DNA from: Candidatus Cryptobacteroides gallistercoris
Lineage (GTDB): Bacteria; Bacteroidota; Bacteroidia; Bacteroidales; UBA932
Reading direction: 5' to 3'
Assembly (NCBI GenBank): GCA_017694835.1
Contig: JADIMJ010000040.1
Span: 555 to 64,554, forward strand
DNA length: 64,000 nt
In this document: piece after piece, positions 38,335 through 47,800 of the stretch
How the letters are laid out: the number at the start of each line of letters is the position of its first letter
How positions within the stretch are numbered: the first letter of the stretch is position 1
The notes under the pieces: generated by a model
Seen by the model: only the letters and a program-made list of their open reading frames with translations
The model's database searches: none
Told to the model about the DNA's origin: nothing
Program-made: the position numbers and the translations under genes

Positions 38335-38343
38335 GGGACATAT

Positions 38344-38378
38344 TGCAACCGGGTTGCGGCAGTTTAGGAATATCTTTG
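38344..38378 (+). promoter_or_regulatory. Palindromic operator TGCAAC-CGG-GTTGCG plus TATCTTTG -7 promoter of the heavy-metal RND operon
   Basis: Dyad at 38344-38358 overlaps the expected -33 region; -7 element at 38371-38378. Confidence 0.65.
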
Positions 38379-38420
38379 CGGCTGTCAAAAATTGTCAGAC
38401 GATTTTAACAGAGTAAAGAT

Positions 38421-39593
38421 ATGAAAAGATTCGCTCTTCTTGCCGGAATGTGCACGGCATTCCTTCTATGGTCCTGCAATGCAGGCCACAACCATGAAGA
38501 CCCGCACGACCACGAGGCTGAACATGGGGCCGCAGAGACTCATGAGGCAGCCGGGGCTCATGCCGGACATTCGGATGAAATAGTGATTTCTCCCGAAAAG
38601 GCTGCCGCAGCCGGGATAATGACAGAAACCGCGTCACCGGCGGAGTTTTCGGGCGTAATCCGCACCGGCGGACAGATTCTTTCCTCCAGGAGTGACGAGA
38701 TGACCGTTGTGGCCCCGGCCGACGGCATAGTGTCCTTCGGGGGGAATTATTTTGGAGGTGCCGCCGTGGATGAGGGGCAGACGCTCTTTTCCGTCATATC
38801 TGGGACAATCCAGGACGGAAACCGCATCGGAAAGGCAAAGGTAGCCTATGAGGCTGCAAAGGCAGAATACGAGAGGGCTTCCTCGCTCGTGGACAGCAGG
38901 ATAGTTTCCCAGAAAGAATATGTGAGAATCAAGGAGAATTACGAGAATGCCCGTCTCGCATATGAGGCCCTGAAGCCCAATGCCGACGGTACGGGTGTCC
39001 TGGTCTCCTCTCCGTGCGGCGGATATGTGGAGAGCATATTTGTCAGGGAGGGCGACTATGTGTCGATGGGAACCCCTCTTGCATGTGTCGTCAGGAACAG
39101 CAGCCTGGTGCTGCAGGCGGACTTGTCCCAGACCTATTATGACAGGACAGGGGGAATCGTTTCGGCCAACTTCAGGACACCGTCCATGGACAGGACAGAG
39201 AATGTCAAGGCTCTCGGAGGCAGGCTCCTTTCTGTCGGGCGCAGTTCCGCAGAGGCATCGCATTATATTCCGGTGACATTCTCCATCCCGGCAGGGCACG
39301 GCCTTGTGCCTGGCTCTTTTGCGGAAGTATGGCTTCTGACCGGTGTCCGCAAAGATGTCATTTCCCTTCCTCTGCAGGCCCTGACCGAGGAGCAGGGGGT
39401 GAATTTCGTGTACATAAAGATGGATGAGAGCTGCTACAGGAAGCAGGAGGTGACTCTCGGCGAAAGCGACGGGGAGAGAGTGGAGATTGTGTCGGGAGTC
39501 AAGGCCGGAGACAATGTCGTGACCGCCGGGGCATATAATGTCAGGCTTGCCTCGGCAAGCAATGCCATCCCGGCGCACACCCATAACCACTGA
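38421..39593 (+). CDS. CzcB/CusB-like RND adaptor lipoprotein with His-rich termini
   Basis: LWSC lipobox, GHNHEDPHDHEAEH.., C-terminal AHTHNH, MFP motifs. Confidence 0.92.
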   Translation: MKRFALLAGMCTAFLLWSCNAGHNHEDPHDHEAEHGAAETHEAAGAHAGHSDEIVISPEKAAAAGIMTETASPAEFSGVIRTGGQILSSRSDEMTVVAPADGIVSFGGNYFGGAAVDEGQTLFSVISGTIQDGNRIGKAKVAYEAAKAEYERASSLVDSRIVSQKEYVRIKENYENARLAYEALKPNADGTGVLVSSPCGGYVESIFVREGDYVSMGTPLACVVRNSSLVLQADLSQTYYDRTGGIVSANFRTPSMDRTENVKALGGRLLSVGRSSAEASHYIPVTFSIPAGHGLVPGSFAEVWLLTGVRKDVISLPLQALTEEQGVNFVYIKMDESCYRKQEVTLGESDGERVEIVSGVKAGDNVVTAGAYNVRLASASNAIPAHTHNH

Positions 39594-39623
39594 CAGATAC
39601 GGACACCCTAACCTTGAAGCATC

Positions 39624-42600
39624 ATGCTGAACAAAATCATACATTTTTCTTTGCAGAACAGGCTGCTTGTGCTTGTGGCGGCCGTGCTGCTCATGGTGGC
39701 CGGAGTCTATGTGATGAACCGCACCGAGGTGGATGTGTTCCCGGACCTGAACGCTCCTACTGTCGTAGTGATGACAGAAGCCGGAGGAATGGCAGCCGAG
39801 GAAGTAGAGCAGCTCGTTACCTTCCCGATTGAGACGGCAGTGAACGGGGCTACGGGAGTGCGCCGCGTGCGGTCATCATCCACTGCGGGATTTTCCGTGG
39901 TATGGGTCGAATTCGACTGGGACACGGACATTTATCTGGCCCGTCAGATAGTGTCGGAGAAAATAGCGATGGCGGCCGAGGAACTCCCGGACAATGTCGG
40001 CAATCCGACCCTCGGGCCCCAGTCGTCGATACTCGGGGAACTGCTCATAGTCGGCATGACGGCCGACTCCACTTCGATGCTTGACCTGCGGACAATAGCC
40101 GACTGGACCATAAGGCCGAGGCTTCTTTCTACCGGAGGCGTCGCCCAGGTGGCAGTCCTCGGAGGAGACATAAAGGAATACCAGGTGCTGATACACCCTG
40201 AGAAAATGAAGCATTACGGAGTCACTCTCGGGGAGGTGATGGCCGTGACCAGAGGCATGAACCGGAACACTAACGGAGGTGTCATCTATGAATACGGCAA
40301 TGAATACATCGTGCGCGGAATCGTGTCCACGGAAGATGTCGCCGAGATGGCCCGGTCGGTGATAAAGGTAATCGGAGGAGCCCCGGTGACCCTTGAAGAT
40401 GTGGCGGATGTGCGCATCGGCGCGCAGCAGCCGAAGCTCGGACTTGCTTCGGAGAAAGGAAAGCCGGCAGTGCTCGTGACTGTGACCAAGCAGCCGGAGA
40501 CAGGGACTCTCGAGCTGACAGAGCGGCTTGAGGCAGCGCTGGAGGATGTGCAGAAAAATCTTCCGCCGGACGTGAAGCTTTCCACAGATACATTCCGTCA
40601 GGCGAGGTTCATCGAAAGTTCCATCAGCAATGTGAAGTCTTCTCTTTATGAGGGCGCCATTTTCGTGGTCATTGTCCTGATACTTTTCCTCGCGAATGCC
40701 AGGACGACCATCATCTCTCTCATTACCTTGCCTCTGTCCATATTGATATCAATCCTTACTCTCAACTGGATGGGTATGACTATCAATACAATGAGTCTCG
40801 GCGGCCTTGCCATTGCGATAGGCTCGCTGGTGGACGACGCCATAGTGGACGTCGAGAATGTGTGGAAGCATATAAGGGCCAACAAGGCTCTCCCGGCGGC
40901 AGAGCGGCGTCCTGTGCTTGATGTCGTGTTCGATGCCTCGAAGGAGGTCAGGATGCCGATTCTGAATTCCACCCTCATAATAGTAGTGAGCTTCGTGCCG
41001 CTGTTTTTCCTTTCAGGCATGGAAGGGCGCATGCTCGCACCTCTCGGAGTGGCCTTCATCACTGCCCTCTTCGCATCCACCCTTGTGGCACTGACGCTTA
41101 CTCCGGTGCTCTGCAGCTATATGCTTGACTACAAGGTCAAGGGAGACGGCGTGCCGAAAGAGGCATTCCTTGCCGTATGGCTCAAGAAATATTACAGAAT
41201 CGCCCTGGAATGGGTGATGAGGCACAAGAAAAGCGTCGTCGGTGCCACGGTGGCTCTCTTCTGTGTGGCCCTCGGCCTGTTCTTTACCCTCGGCCACAGC
41301 TTTCTTCCTCCTTTCAATGAAGGCTCATTCACGATAAATGTAAGTTCCCTGCCGGGAATTTCACTTGAAGAGTCTGACAAGATAGGCCGGCAGGCGGAGG
41401 AACTCCTGCTGTCAATACCTGAGATACAGACTGTGGCGCGGAAGACCGGCCGTGCGGAGCTGGACGAGCATGCCCTCGGGGTGAATGTGTCGGAAATCGA
41501 GGCTCCGTTTGAGCTCGGCGACCGTTCCCATGCGGAACTTCTTGCCGAAGTGAGGGAGAAGCTGTCCACAATCACAGGAGCAAACATAGAAATCGGGCAG
41601 CCTATAAGCCACAGGATTGACGCGATGCTCAGCGGAACCCAGGCCAGCATAGCCATCAAGCTTTTCGGTGACGACCTCAACAGGATGTTCGCCATAGGCA
41701 ATCAGATAAAGGACAGGATCAGCGGGGTGGAAGGCATCGCCGACCTGAATGTCGAGCAGCAGATAGAGAGGCCGGAAATCAAGATTGTCCCTAAGCGGGA
41801 GATGCTTGCCAAATACGGCATATCCATGCCCGCCTTCAGTGAGTTCGTGACGGTGAATATGGCCGGCGAGACCGTGTCCCAGGTCTATGAGCAGGGCAAA
41901 TCCTTCAATCTCGTGGTCCGAGCCGCTGAGTCTGACAGAGGCTCGGCAGAACGCATACGCAATCTGATGATAGACGATGCCCAGGGCAACAAGCTTCCGC
42001 TGTCCTATGTGGCGGATGTGGTTTCCTCAAGCGGACCGAATGCCATCAACCGCGAGAATGTCAAGCGCAAGGTGGTGATTTCCGCCAATGCCGCCGGACG
42101 GGACCTCGGAAGCGTCGTCGATGACATACGGGAGATTGTGGAAGATGAGATTGCGCTGCCGGAAGGCTATCACATAGAATACGGAGGCCAGTTCGAGAGC
42201 GAGAAGGCCGCGAGCCGTGTGCTGCTGCTGACATCCCTGATGAGCATTGTCGTCATCTTCCTCCTGCTCTACATGCAGTTCAAGAGTGCCGCGCAGAGCG
42301 GAGTCGTGTTGCTGAACCTCCCTCTTGCCCTCATCGGAGGCGTGTTTGCCCTGCTGATGACCACAGGTGAGCTCAGCATCCCTGCCATCATAGGATTCAT
42401 ATCCCTGTTCGGCATCGCCACCAGGAACGGGATGCTCCTCATCAGCCATTACAATCTGCTTCGCGAGCAGGGCCATTCCCTCTATGACAGCATCATCACC
42501 GGCTCTCTGGACAGGCTCAATCCGATACTGATGACAGCCCTGTCCTCTGCCCTTGCCCTGATTCCTCTCGCCATCAAGGGAGACCTTCCGGGCAATGAAA

Positions 42601-42734
42601 TCCAGAGCCCGATGGCAAAGGTCATCCTCGGGGGGCTGCTTACTTCCACCTTCCTCAACGGCTTCATCGTGCCGGTGATGTACTGGTGGCTCCACAGAAA
42701 GGAAGAAAAGGAAACTCCGAAACAGATAAACTGA
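39624..42734 (+). CDS. CzcA/CusA-family heavy-metal RND permease
   Basis: DVFPDL, GSLVDDAIVDVEN, GRAELDEH, RLNPILMTA. Confidence 0.95.
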   Translation: MLNKIIHFSLQNRLLVLVAAVLLMVAGVYVMNRTEVDVFPDLNAPTVVVMTEAGGMAAEEVEQLVTFPIETAVNGATGVRRVRSSSTAGFSVVWVEFDWDTDIYLARQIVSEKIAMAAEELPDNVGNPTLGPQSSILGELLIVGMTADSTSMLDLRTIADWTIRPRLLSTGGVAQVAVLGGDIKEYQVLIHPEKMKHYGVTLGEVMAVTRGMNRNTNGGVIYEYGNEYIVRGIVSTEDVAEMARSVIKVIGGAPVTLEDVADVRIGAQQPKLGLASEKGKPAVLVTVTKQPETGTLELTERLEAALEDVQKNLPPDVKLSTDTFRQARFIESSISNVKSSLYEGAIFVVIVLILFLANARTTIISLITLPLSILISILTLNWMGMTINTMSLGGLAIAIGSLVDDAIVDVENVWKHIRANKALPAAERRPVLDVVFDASKEVRMPILNSTLIIVVSFVPLFFLSGMEGRMLAPLGVAFITALFASTLVALTLTPVLCSYMLDYKVKGDGVPKEAFLAVWLKKYYRIALEWVMRHKKSVVGATVALFCVALGLFFTLGHSFLPPFNEGSFTINVSSLPGISLEESDKIGRQAEELLLSIPEIQTVARKTGRAELDEHALGVNVSEIEAPFELGDRSHAELLAEVREKLSTITGANIEIGQPISHRIDAMLSGTQASIAIKLFGDDLNRMFAIGNQIKDRISGVEGIADLNVEQQIERPEIKIVPKREMLAKYGISMPAFSEFVTVNMAGETVSQVYEQGKSFNLVVRAAESDRGSAERIRNLMIDDAQGNKLPLSYVADVVSSSGPNAINRENVKRKVVISANAAGRDLGSVVDDIREIVEDEIALPEGYHIEYGGQFESEKAASRVLLLTSLMSIVVIFLLLYMQFKSAAQSGVVLLNLPLALIGGVFALLMTTGELSIPAIIGFISLFGIATRNGMLLISHYNLLREQGHSLYDSIITGSLDRLNPILMTALSSALALIPLAIKGDLPGNEIQSPMAKVILGGLLTSTFLNGFIVPVMYWWLHRKEEKETPKQIN

Positions 42735-42754
42735 ATAAAGACGAATCAATCAAT

Positions 42755-43975
42755 ATGAAACCTGTTATATATGCCGTACCGGCAATGGTGCCGACGACAA
42801 TCTTAATGTTGCTGACTGCAATCTTCCAGCCGCTTCAGGCGCAGGATACTCTCCATACCCAGAATATTGAAGAGGTGCTGGAGTCTGTGGCAAGGAACAA
42901 TCCCGAGCTGGAAGCCTTAGCCAAAGATGTTGAGGCCCGGTCCCTTCAGATGAAAAGCGAGAACATCCTCGAGGACCCTACCATAGAATACAGCTCATTC
43001 TACAGCAGCGGTGTCTCCGGTCAGTCCGGCTCGGAGCTCGTCGTGTCGCAGGGCTTTGACTTCCCGACCCTGTACGCTGCCCGGCATCAGATGAACGAGC
43101 TGTCACGGTCTGCGCTCGGAAGTGGACTTGAGAATGAAAGGAGGCGGATTCTGCTGGACGCCAAGAATATCTGCCTTGACATCATCATGTACAGGCGGAT
43201 CGGAGAACTGCTTGAAATGCAGGCCGGCATAGCGGACGAGCTTCTCGGCCTCTATACCAGGAGGCTTGAGTCGGGAGATGCCTCTGCCCTGGAGGTGAAC
43301 AAGATAAAGATGGAGCTGATGAGTGTCGCCACGGCCGTGGCCCGGAACAATGCCTCCCTTGATGCTGCCTGCCGCGCCCTCAATGCCATGAACGGAGGGA
43401 AGGAGACCGTCTTTGACGCCGATTTCTATCCTCTTGTCGAGGAAGTGCTTGACAAGGAGGCTGCCGTGGAAGAATATCTTTCCTCAGATGCATCTGTTGC
43501 CGCTGCGGAAAGCGCCGCTGCCGCCGCCCGGAAAGAAGTCTCGGTCAACAGGCAGGGCTGGATTCCGAAATTCGAGATTGGCTACAGGCGCAACACCGCC
43601 ATCCGCGAGGCTGAGCACGGCTTTCTCGTCGGAGGCTCCATTCCGCTGTATTCCAATCACCGTAAAGTCGCGATGGCAAAGGCCCGCTCAGTCTCGGCCG
43701 GAAGCGCCCTGACTTCGGCCCGTCTTCAGTCCGAGTCCGAAATCCGCTCCCTCCTCAACGAAATTGACCAGACCAAAGCCGCCATCGACGCCTATGACGA
43801 GCCCCTGATGAGAGAAACCCTCGACCTGCTCGGCAAGGCCGTGGAAGGAGGAGAAATTTCTCTCATAGACTATTTCGTCGAGGCATCCTCCATCTACACC
43901 AACCTCTCCGCCTGCATCACCCTGAAGAACAGCTGGCACAAGCTGATGGCGCAGGTCTACAAGAACAGGCTGTAG
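42755..43975 (+). CDS. TolC-family outer-membrane channel (CzcC-like)
   Basis: Signal ending LQA-Q, NNPEL, SQGFDFP, GEISLIDYF; last gene of the RND operon. Confidence 0.88.
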   Translation: MKPVIYAVPAMVPTTILMLLTAIFQPLQAQDTLHTQNIEEVLESVARNNPELEALAKDVEARSLQMKSENILEDPTIEYSSFYSSGVSGQSGSELVVSQGFDFPTLYAARHQMNELSRSALGSGLENERRRILLDAKNICLDIIMYRRIGELLEMQAGIADELLGLYTRRLESGDASALEVNKIKMELMSVATAVARNNASLDAACRALNAMNGGKETVFDADFYPLVEEVLDKEAAVEEYLSSDASVAAAESAAAAARKEVSVNRQGWIPKFEIGYRRNTAIREAEHGFLVGGSIPLYSNHRKVAMAKARSVSAGSALTSARLQSESEIRSLLNEIDQTKAAIDAYDEPLMRETLDLLGKAVEGGEISLIDYFVEASSIYTNLSACITLKNSWHKLMAQVYKNRL

Positions 43976-44112
43976 AACCGGTTCAGTCTTTCAGACATGA
44001 TATAGGGACGACATATACTCCGTCCGGGCGGCGGTATGCATATTGTCCAGTACCGGTCAGGACCATGAGATATCTATAAATTCCCTGATTTCCAAAGAAA
44101 TAATAAATTCCA

Positions 44113-44174
44113 TTCACCAAGTTGGCCGGTTTTTGTTCACCAAGTTGGCCGGTTTTCATTCACCAAGTTGGCCG
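44113..44174. repeat. Three direct repeats TTCACCAAGTTGGCCG with 23-bp period
   Basis: Copies start at 44113, 44136, 44159. Confidence 0.92.
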
Positions 44175-44298
44175 CCTCTCCCCATTTGTTGGGAGCAGAT
44201 GCCGTGAAACTAATTATTTATGGGCATCATTTCATTATTTTATAGCGTCTCCGGCTCATCGGAGACGCAATTTTTTGTATCTTCGGCCGGATTTTCAG

Positions 44299-44343
44299 CG
44301 CAAATGATTTGGACGCAAATGATTTGGGCGCAACAGATTTCAG
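44299..44343. repeat. 15-bp tandem repeats CGCAAATGATTTGG(A/G) x2 plus one degenerate copy in the feoB leader
   Basis: 44299-44313, 44314-44328, 44329-44343; downstream of TATCTTCG (-7-like, 44278-44285). Confidence 0.85.
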
Positions 44344-44352
44344 ACAGGACAG

Positions 44353-46794
44353 ATGAAATTATCAGAACTAAAGACAGGGGAGAGGGCCGTCATAGTGAAG
44401 GTGAACGGCCACGGGAGTTTCCGCAAGAGGATAATCGAGATGGGCTTTGTGAGAGGCAAGCTCGTGAATGTCATATTGAATGCCCCGCTAAAGGACCCTA
44501 TAGAGTATGAAATCATAGGGTATAAGATTTCCCTGAGGAGGGAGGAGGCGGAGAAAATAGAGGTGATAAGCGAGACCGAGGCCAAGGAAGTGATGGCGGC
44601 ACAGGAGCCCCTTCCTCCGATTGAGGCATCCGAATGCGATGACATGCAGCCGGGACGGGAAAATGCGGACATCGAGAAGGAAATGAGGCATCTGGCGGCC
44701 GAACGGCGCAAGATGATCCGGGTCGCATTGGTCGGCAATCCCAACTGCGGCAAGACATCCCTCTTCAACATCGCTTCCGGCAGCCATGAGCATGTGGGCA
44801 ACTACAGCGGAGTGACCGTCGACGCGAAAGAGGGCAACTTTGAGTACGGTGGCTACAAATTCACCCTTGTCGACCTTCCCGGGACATATTCCCTCTCGGC
44901 CTACAGCCCGGAGGAACTCTATGTCCGCCGCAACCTCATAGAAGACCTTCCCGACGTCGTGGTGAATGTGGTGGATGCATCCAACCTCGAGCGCAACCTC
45001 TACCTTACGACCCAGCTGATTGACATGAACCTGCGGGTCGTCATGGCCCTGAACATGTATGACGAGCTCCGGGCGAAGAAGGACGAGCTTGACATAAAGA
45101 CCCTCGGCCATCTTCTCGGACTTCCGATTGTCCCTACGGTCAGCCGCAGCGGGGAAGGCATTCCGCAGCTCTTCGACACCGTCATCCAGATATATGAGAG
45201 AAATACACCGCAGCTCAGCCGCCACATACACATCAACCACGGCACCGAGATCGAGAAGAGCATAGACCGCATCAAGCTTCTGATTCAGAAAAACGAGGAG
45301 ATAAGATTCAAATATTCCACCCGCTACCTCGCCATCAAGTATCTTGAGAATGACAAGGACATCGAGAAAGTCATTGAGGCTCTCCCCGACAGGGATGAAA
45401 TCATCGCTGCAAGATTCGAGGAGCAGAAGAGGATAGACGAACTGATGCATGTCTCCACGGAATCCGCAATCGTGGATGCGAAATATGCGTTCATCCAGGG
45501 CGCACTCGCCGAGACATACCGGCCTTTCAAGGGCCAGAGGCGCAGGAATACGGTCACTGACAAGATAGATGCGGTGGTCACCAACAAATGGCTGGCGTTC
45601 CCGATATTTTTCCTGATGCTGTATCTCGTGTTCGAGTGCACGTTCGTCATCGGGGATTATCCGATGCAGTGGATAGAATGGCTGGTGGAGAAATTCGGGG
45701 ACTTTGTCTCTGCCTACATGAAGGACGGGGCGTTCAAGGACCTGATTGTGGACGGGATAATCGGGGGAGTGGGCAGCGTGCTTGTCTTCCTTCCGAACAT
45801 CCTCCTCCTGTATCTCTTCATTTCCCTCCTTGAGGACTCCGGCTACATGGCAAGGGCGGCGTTCATCATGGACAAGCTGATGCACAAGATGGGCCTTCAC
45901 GGCAAGTCGTTCATCCCGATGATTATGGGCTTCGGCTGCAATGTGCCTGCCATCATGGCCACAAGGACAATCGAGAGCCGCAAGAGCCGGCTCATAACCA
46001 TACTGGTCATCCCCCTGATGTCATGTGCCGGCAGGCTGCCGATATATATCCTGCTCGTAGGGGCGTTCTTCCCTCATTACGGCGGACTCGTGATGCTGGG
46101 CATCTATGCCCTGGGAATAATTCTGGCCGTACTTTCCGCCAGGGTGATGAGCCGCTTCATCAAGGATGACGACCTTCCTTTCGTCATGGAACTGCCTCCG
46201 TACCGTGTGCCTACGGCCAAGTCCGTCTTCCGCCACACATGGGAAAAAGGCAAGCAGTATCTCCACAAGATGGCAGGAATCATACTGATATGCTCCGTCA
46301 TCATCTGGTTCCTCGGCTACTTCCCGAACCACAGGGCATATGATACTGTGGCAGAGCAGCAGGAGAACTCATACATAGGATATATCGGCAAGGCAATAGA
46401 GCCTGTGCTCGAGCCTCTGGGATTCGACTGGAGGATGGGCGTGGGCATCCTTTCCGGCATAGGGGCCAAGGAACTCGTGGTGAGCTCGCTGGGCGTGATG
46501 TACAGCGCGGATGAGGCTGAATACGAGGCTTCGGGAGCTGTTGCCGTCGCACCTCCGGAGCAGGAGGAAACAGGCGACACCATGCTGCAGAGGGCCCTTC
46601 AGCGCTTCATGACGCCGGCCTCGGCCCTCGCATTCATGGTATTCGTGCTTCTGTACTTCCCTTGCATCGCCACATTCGTTGCCATAAAGCAGGAGGCCGG
46701 AGGCTGGAAGTGGGCCATAGGCTCCGCCGTATATACCATAGTCCTGGCATGGGTGATGGCATTCATTGTCTACAGGATAGCCCTGCTGTTCTGA
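44353..46794 (+). CDS. feoB: Ferrous iron transporter, FeoA-FeoB fusion
   Basis: N-terminal FeoA (RIIEMGF..APLKDP), GNPNCGKT, VGNYSGVTV, DLPGTYSL, GFGCNVP, PCIAT. Confidence 0.97.
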   Translation: MKLSELKTGERAVIVKVNGHGSFRKRIIEMGFVRGKLVNVILNAPLKDPIEYEIIGYKISLRREEAEKIEVISETEAKEVMAAQEPLPPIEASECDDMQPGRENADIEKEMRHLAAERRKMIRVALVGNPNCGKTSLFNIASGSHEHVGNYSGVTVDAKEGNFEYGGYKFTLVDLPGTYSLSAYSPEELYVRRNLIEDLPDVVVNVVDASNLERNLYLTTQLIDMNLRVVMALNMYDELRAKKDELDIKTLGHLLGLPIVPTVSRSGEGIPQLFDTVIQIYERNTPQLSRHIHINHGTEIEKSIDRIKLLIQKNEEIRFKYSTRYLAIKYLENDKDIEKVIEALPDRDEIIAARFEEQKRIDELMHVSTESAIVDAKYAFIQGALAETYRPFKGQRRRNTVTDKIDAVVTNKWLAFPIFFLMLYLVFECTFVIGDYPMQWIEWLVEKFGDFVSAYMKDGAFKDLIVDGIIGGVGSVLVFLPNILLLYLFISLLEDSGYMARAAFIMDKLMHKMGLHGKSFIPMIMGFGCNVPAIMATRTIESRKSRLITILVIPLMSCAGRLPIYILLVGAFFPHYGGLVMLGIYALGIILAVLSARVMSRFIKDDDLPFVMELPPYRVPTAKSVFRHTWEKGKQYLHKMAGIILICSVIIWFLGYFPNHRAYDTVAEQQENSYIGYIGKAIEPVLEPLGFDWRMGVGILSGIGAKELVVSSLGVMYSADEAEYEASGAVAVAPPEQEETGDTMLQRALQRFMTPASALAFMVFVLLYFPCIATFVAIKQEAGGWKWAIGSAVYTIVLAWVMAFIVYRIALLF

Positions 46795-46798
46795 CCGA

Positions 46799-46879
46799 AT
46801 CACCATCATTGGTGATGGGCAGCAGCGCAATTTCCCCATTTCTTGCGATTGTCCCGCACGGAGCACGGCCGTATCTTTG
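46799..46879 (+). promoter_or_regulatory. Two dyad boxes (ATCACCA-N4-TGGTGAT; TCCCCA-N4-TTGCGA) 33 bp apart, plus TATCTTTG -7 promoter
   Basis: Perfect 7-4-7 palindrome at 46799-46816; degenerate copy at 46833-46848; -7 at 46872-46879 with no ORF downstream before a terminator. Confidence 0.65.
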
Positions 46880-46884
46880 CAACT

Positions 46885-47024
46885 GAAGATTGAGATTTTA
46901 GGCCATATAGTTAAAAAGTTCAGATCCTTTTAATTGTTGTGCTCCGGGGCCGGTGAGAGCTGTCACTCTGGAGAAATTGAAAAAGGACGCGACCATAAAG
47001 TCTTGGGGCGTGTCCTTTTTGTTT
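46885..47024 (+). ncRNA. Candidate ~140-nt trans-acting sRNA between feoB and hemerythrin gene
   Basis: Own -7 promoter, A/U-rich 5' region, internal hairpin (CTCCGGGG..CTCTGGAG), terminator AAAAAGGACGCG..CGTGTCCTTTTT; downstream gene has a separate TAACTTTG promoter (47034-47041). Confidence 0.65.
46980..47024 (+). terminator. Intrinsic terminator
   Basis: AAAAAGGACGCG / CGTGTCCTTTTT stem followed by GTTTT. Confidence 0.75.
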
Positions 47025-47077
47025 TATAATCATTAACTTTGCCGGACATGAGACTTTTTGAAGCAAAGATCAGGACA

Positions 47078-47800
47078 ATGAAAAGAAATGACAATGATTC
47101 ATCCCGCATGGTGCTGTCCCCGACGATGAAGCTGGCGGACCTCATAGAGCTGAACTATTCTCTGCTCATAGTTCTTTCCCGCCTCGGGATAGACCTCGGG
47201 TTCGGAGAAAATACGGTGGCGGAAGTGTGCCGCAGCCACGGCATAGATGTCAGTTCCTTCCTGCTGATATGCGGAGTATACACTTACGATGACTATATCG
47301 CCCCCAATGAGCTCCTCAAGGCCGGCAATCCTGCCGATATCGTGAAATATCTCCACAGTTCGCACTCCTTCTATCTTGACGACGAGCTCAGGAAGCTGGA
47401 GCAGACCATAGGGGAACTGGTGCTTCCGTGCGACGGGAACCAGCAGAAAGTCATATTCAGGTTCTTTTCCGAATACAAGAAAGAAGTCGAGAACCATTTC
47501 GCATACGAAGAGAATACGGTATTCCCGTATGTCGCGGCTCTTCTTGCCCATGACACGCACGACGGCTACTCGATGGAGCAGTTCGAGGAGAACCACAGCA
47601 ACATAGACGAGAAACTCAACGACTTGAAGAACATAGTGATGAAATACCTTCCGTCAGTATGTGACACTGTCCTGAGAAACAGCGTGCTCTATCATATTTT
47701 CTTCCTTGAGGATGACCTTGACAGACACACCATGATTGAGAACAATGTCCTTGTGCCGATGGTAAACAGATTGGAGGAAAATGAAAAACGGGAACAGTAA
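47078..47800 (+). CDS. Hemerythrin-domain protein (RIC/ScdA-like N-terminus)
   Basis: GIDLGFGENTVAEVC, YLHSSHSFY, HFAYEE, HSNIDEKL, HTMIEN. Confidence 0.88.
   Translation: MKRNDNDSSRMVLSPTMKLADLIELNYSLLIVLSRLGIDLGFGENTVAEVCRSHGIDVSSFLLICGVYTYDDYIAPNELLKAGNPADIVKYLHSSHSFYLDDELRKLEQTIGELVLPCDGNQQKVIFRFFSEYKKEVENHFAYEENTVFPYVAALLAHDTHDGYSMEQFEENHSNIDEKLNDLKNIVMKYLPSVCDTVLRNSVLYHIFFLEDDLDRHTMIENNVLVPMVNRLEENEKREQ

Noticed and set aside
44113-44174. Possible mini-CRISPR array
   Set aside because: Only 7 nt of near-identical sequence between 16-bp repeats, no unique spacers and no cas genes
44488-45900. 470-aa antisense ORF (likewise 12473-13732, 21014-21907, 27570-28574, 38634-39644)
   Set aside because: Shadow frames of well-supported genes caused by codon bias; no recognisable motifs
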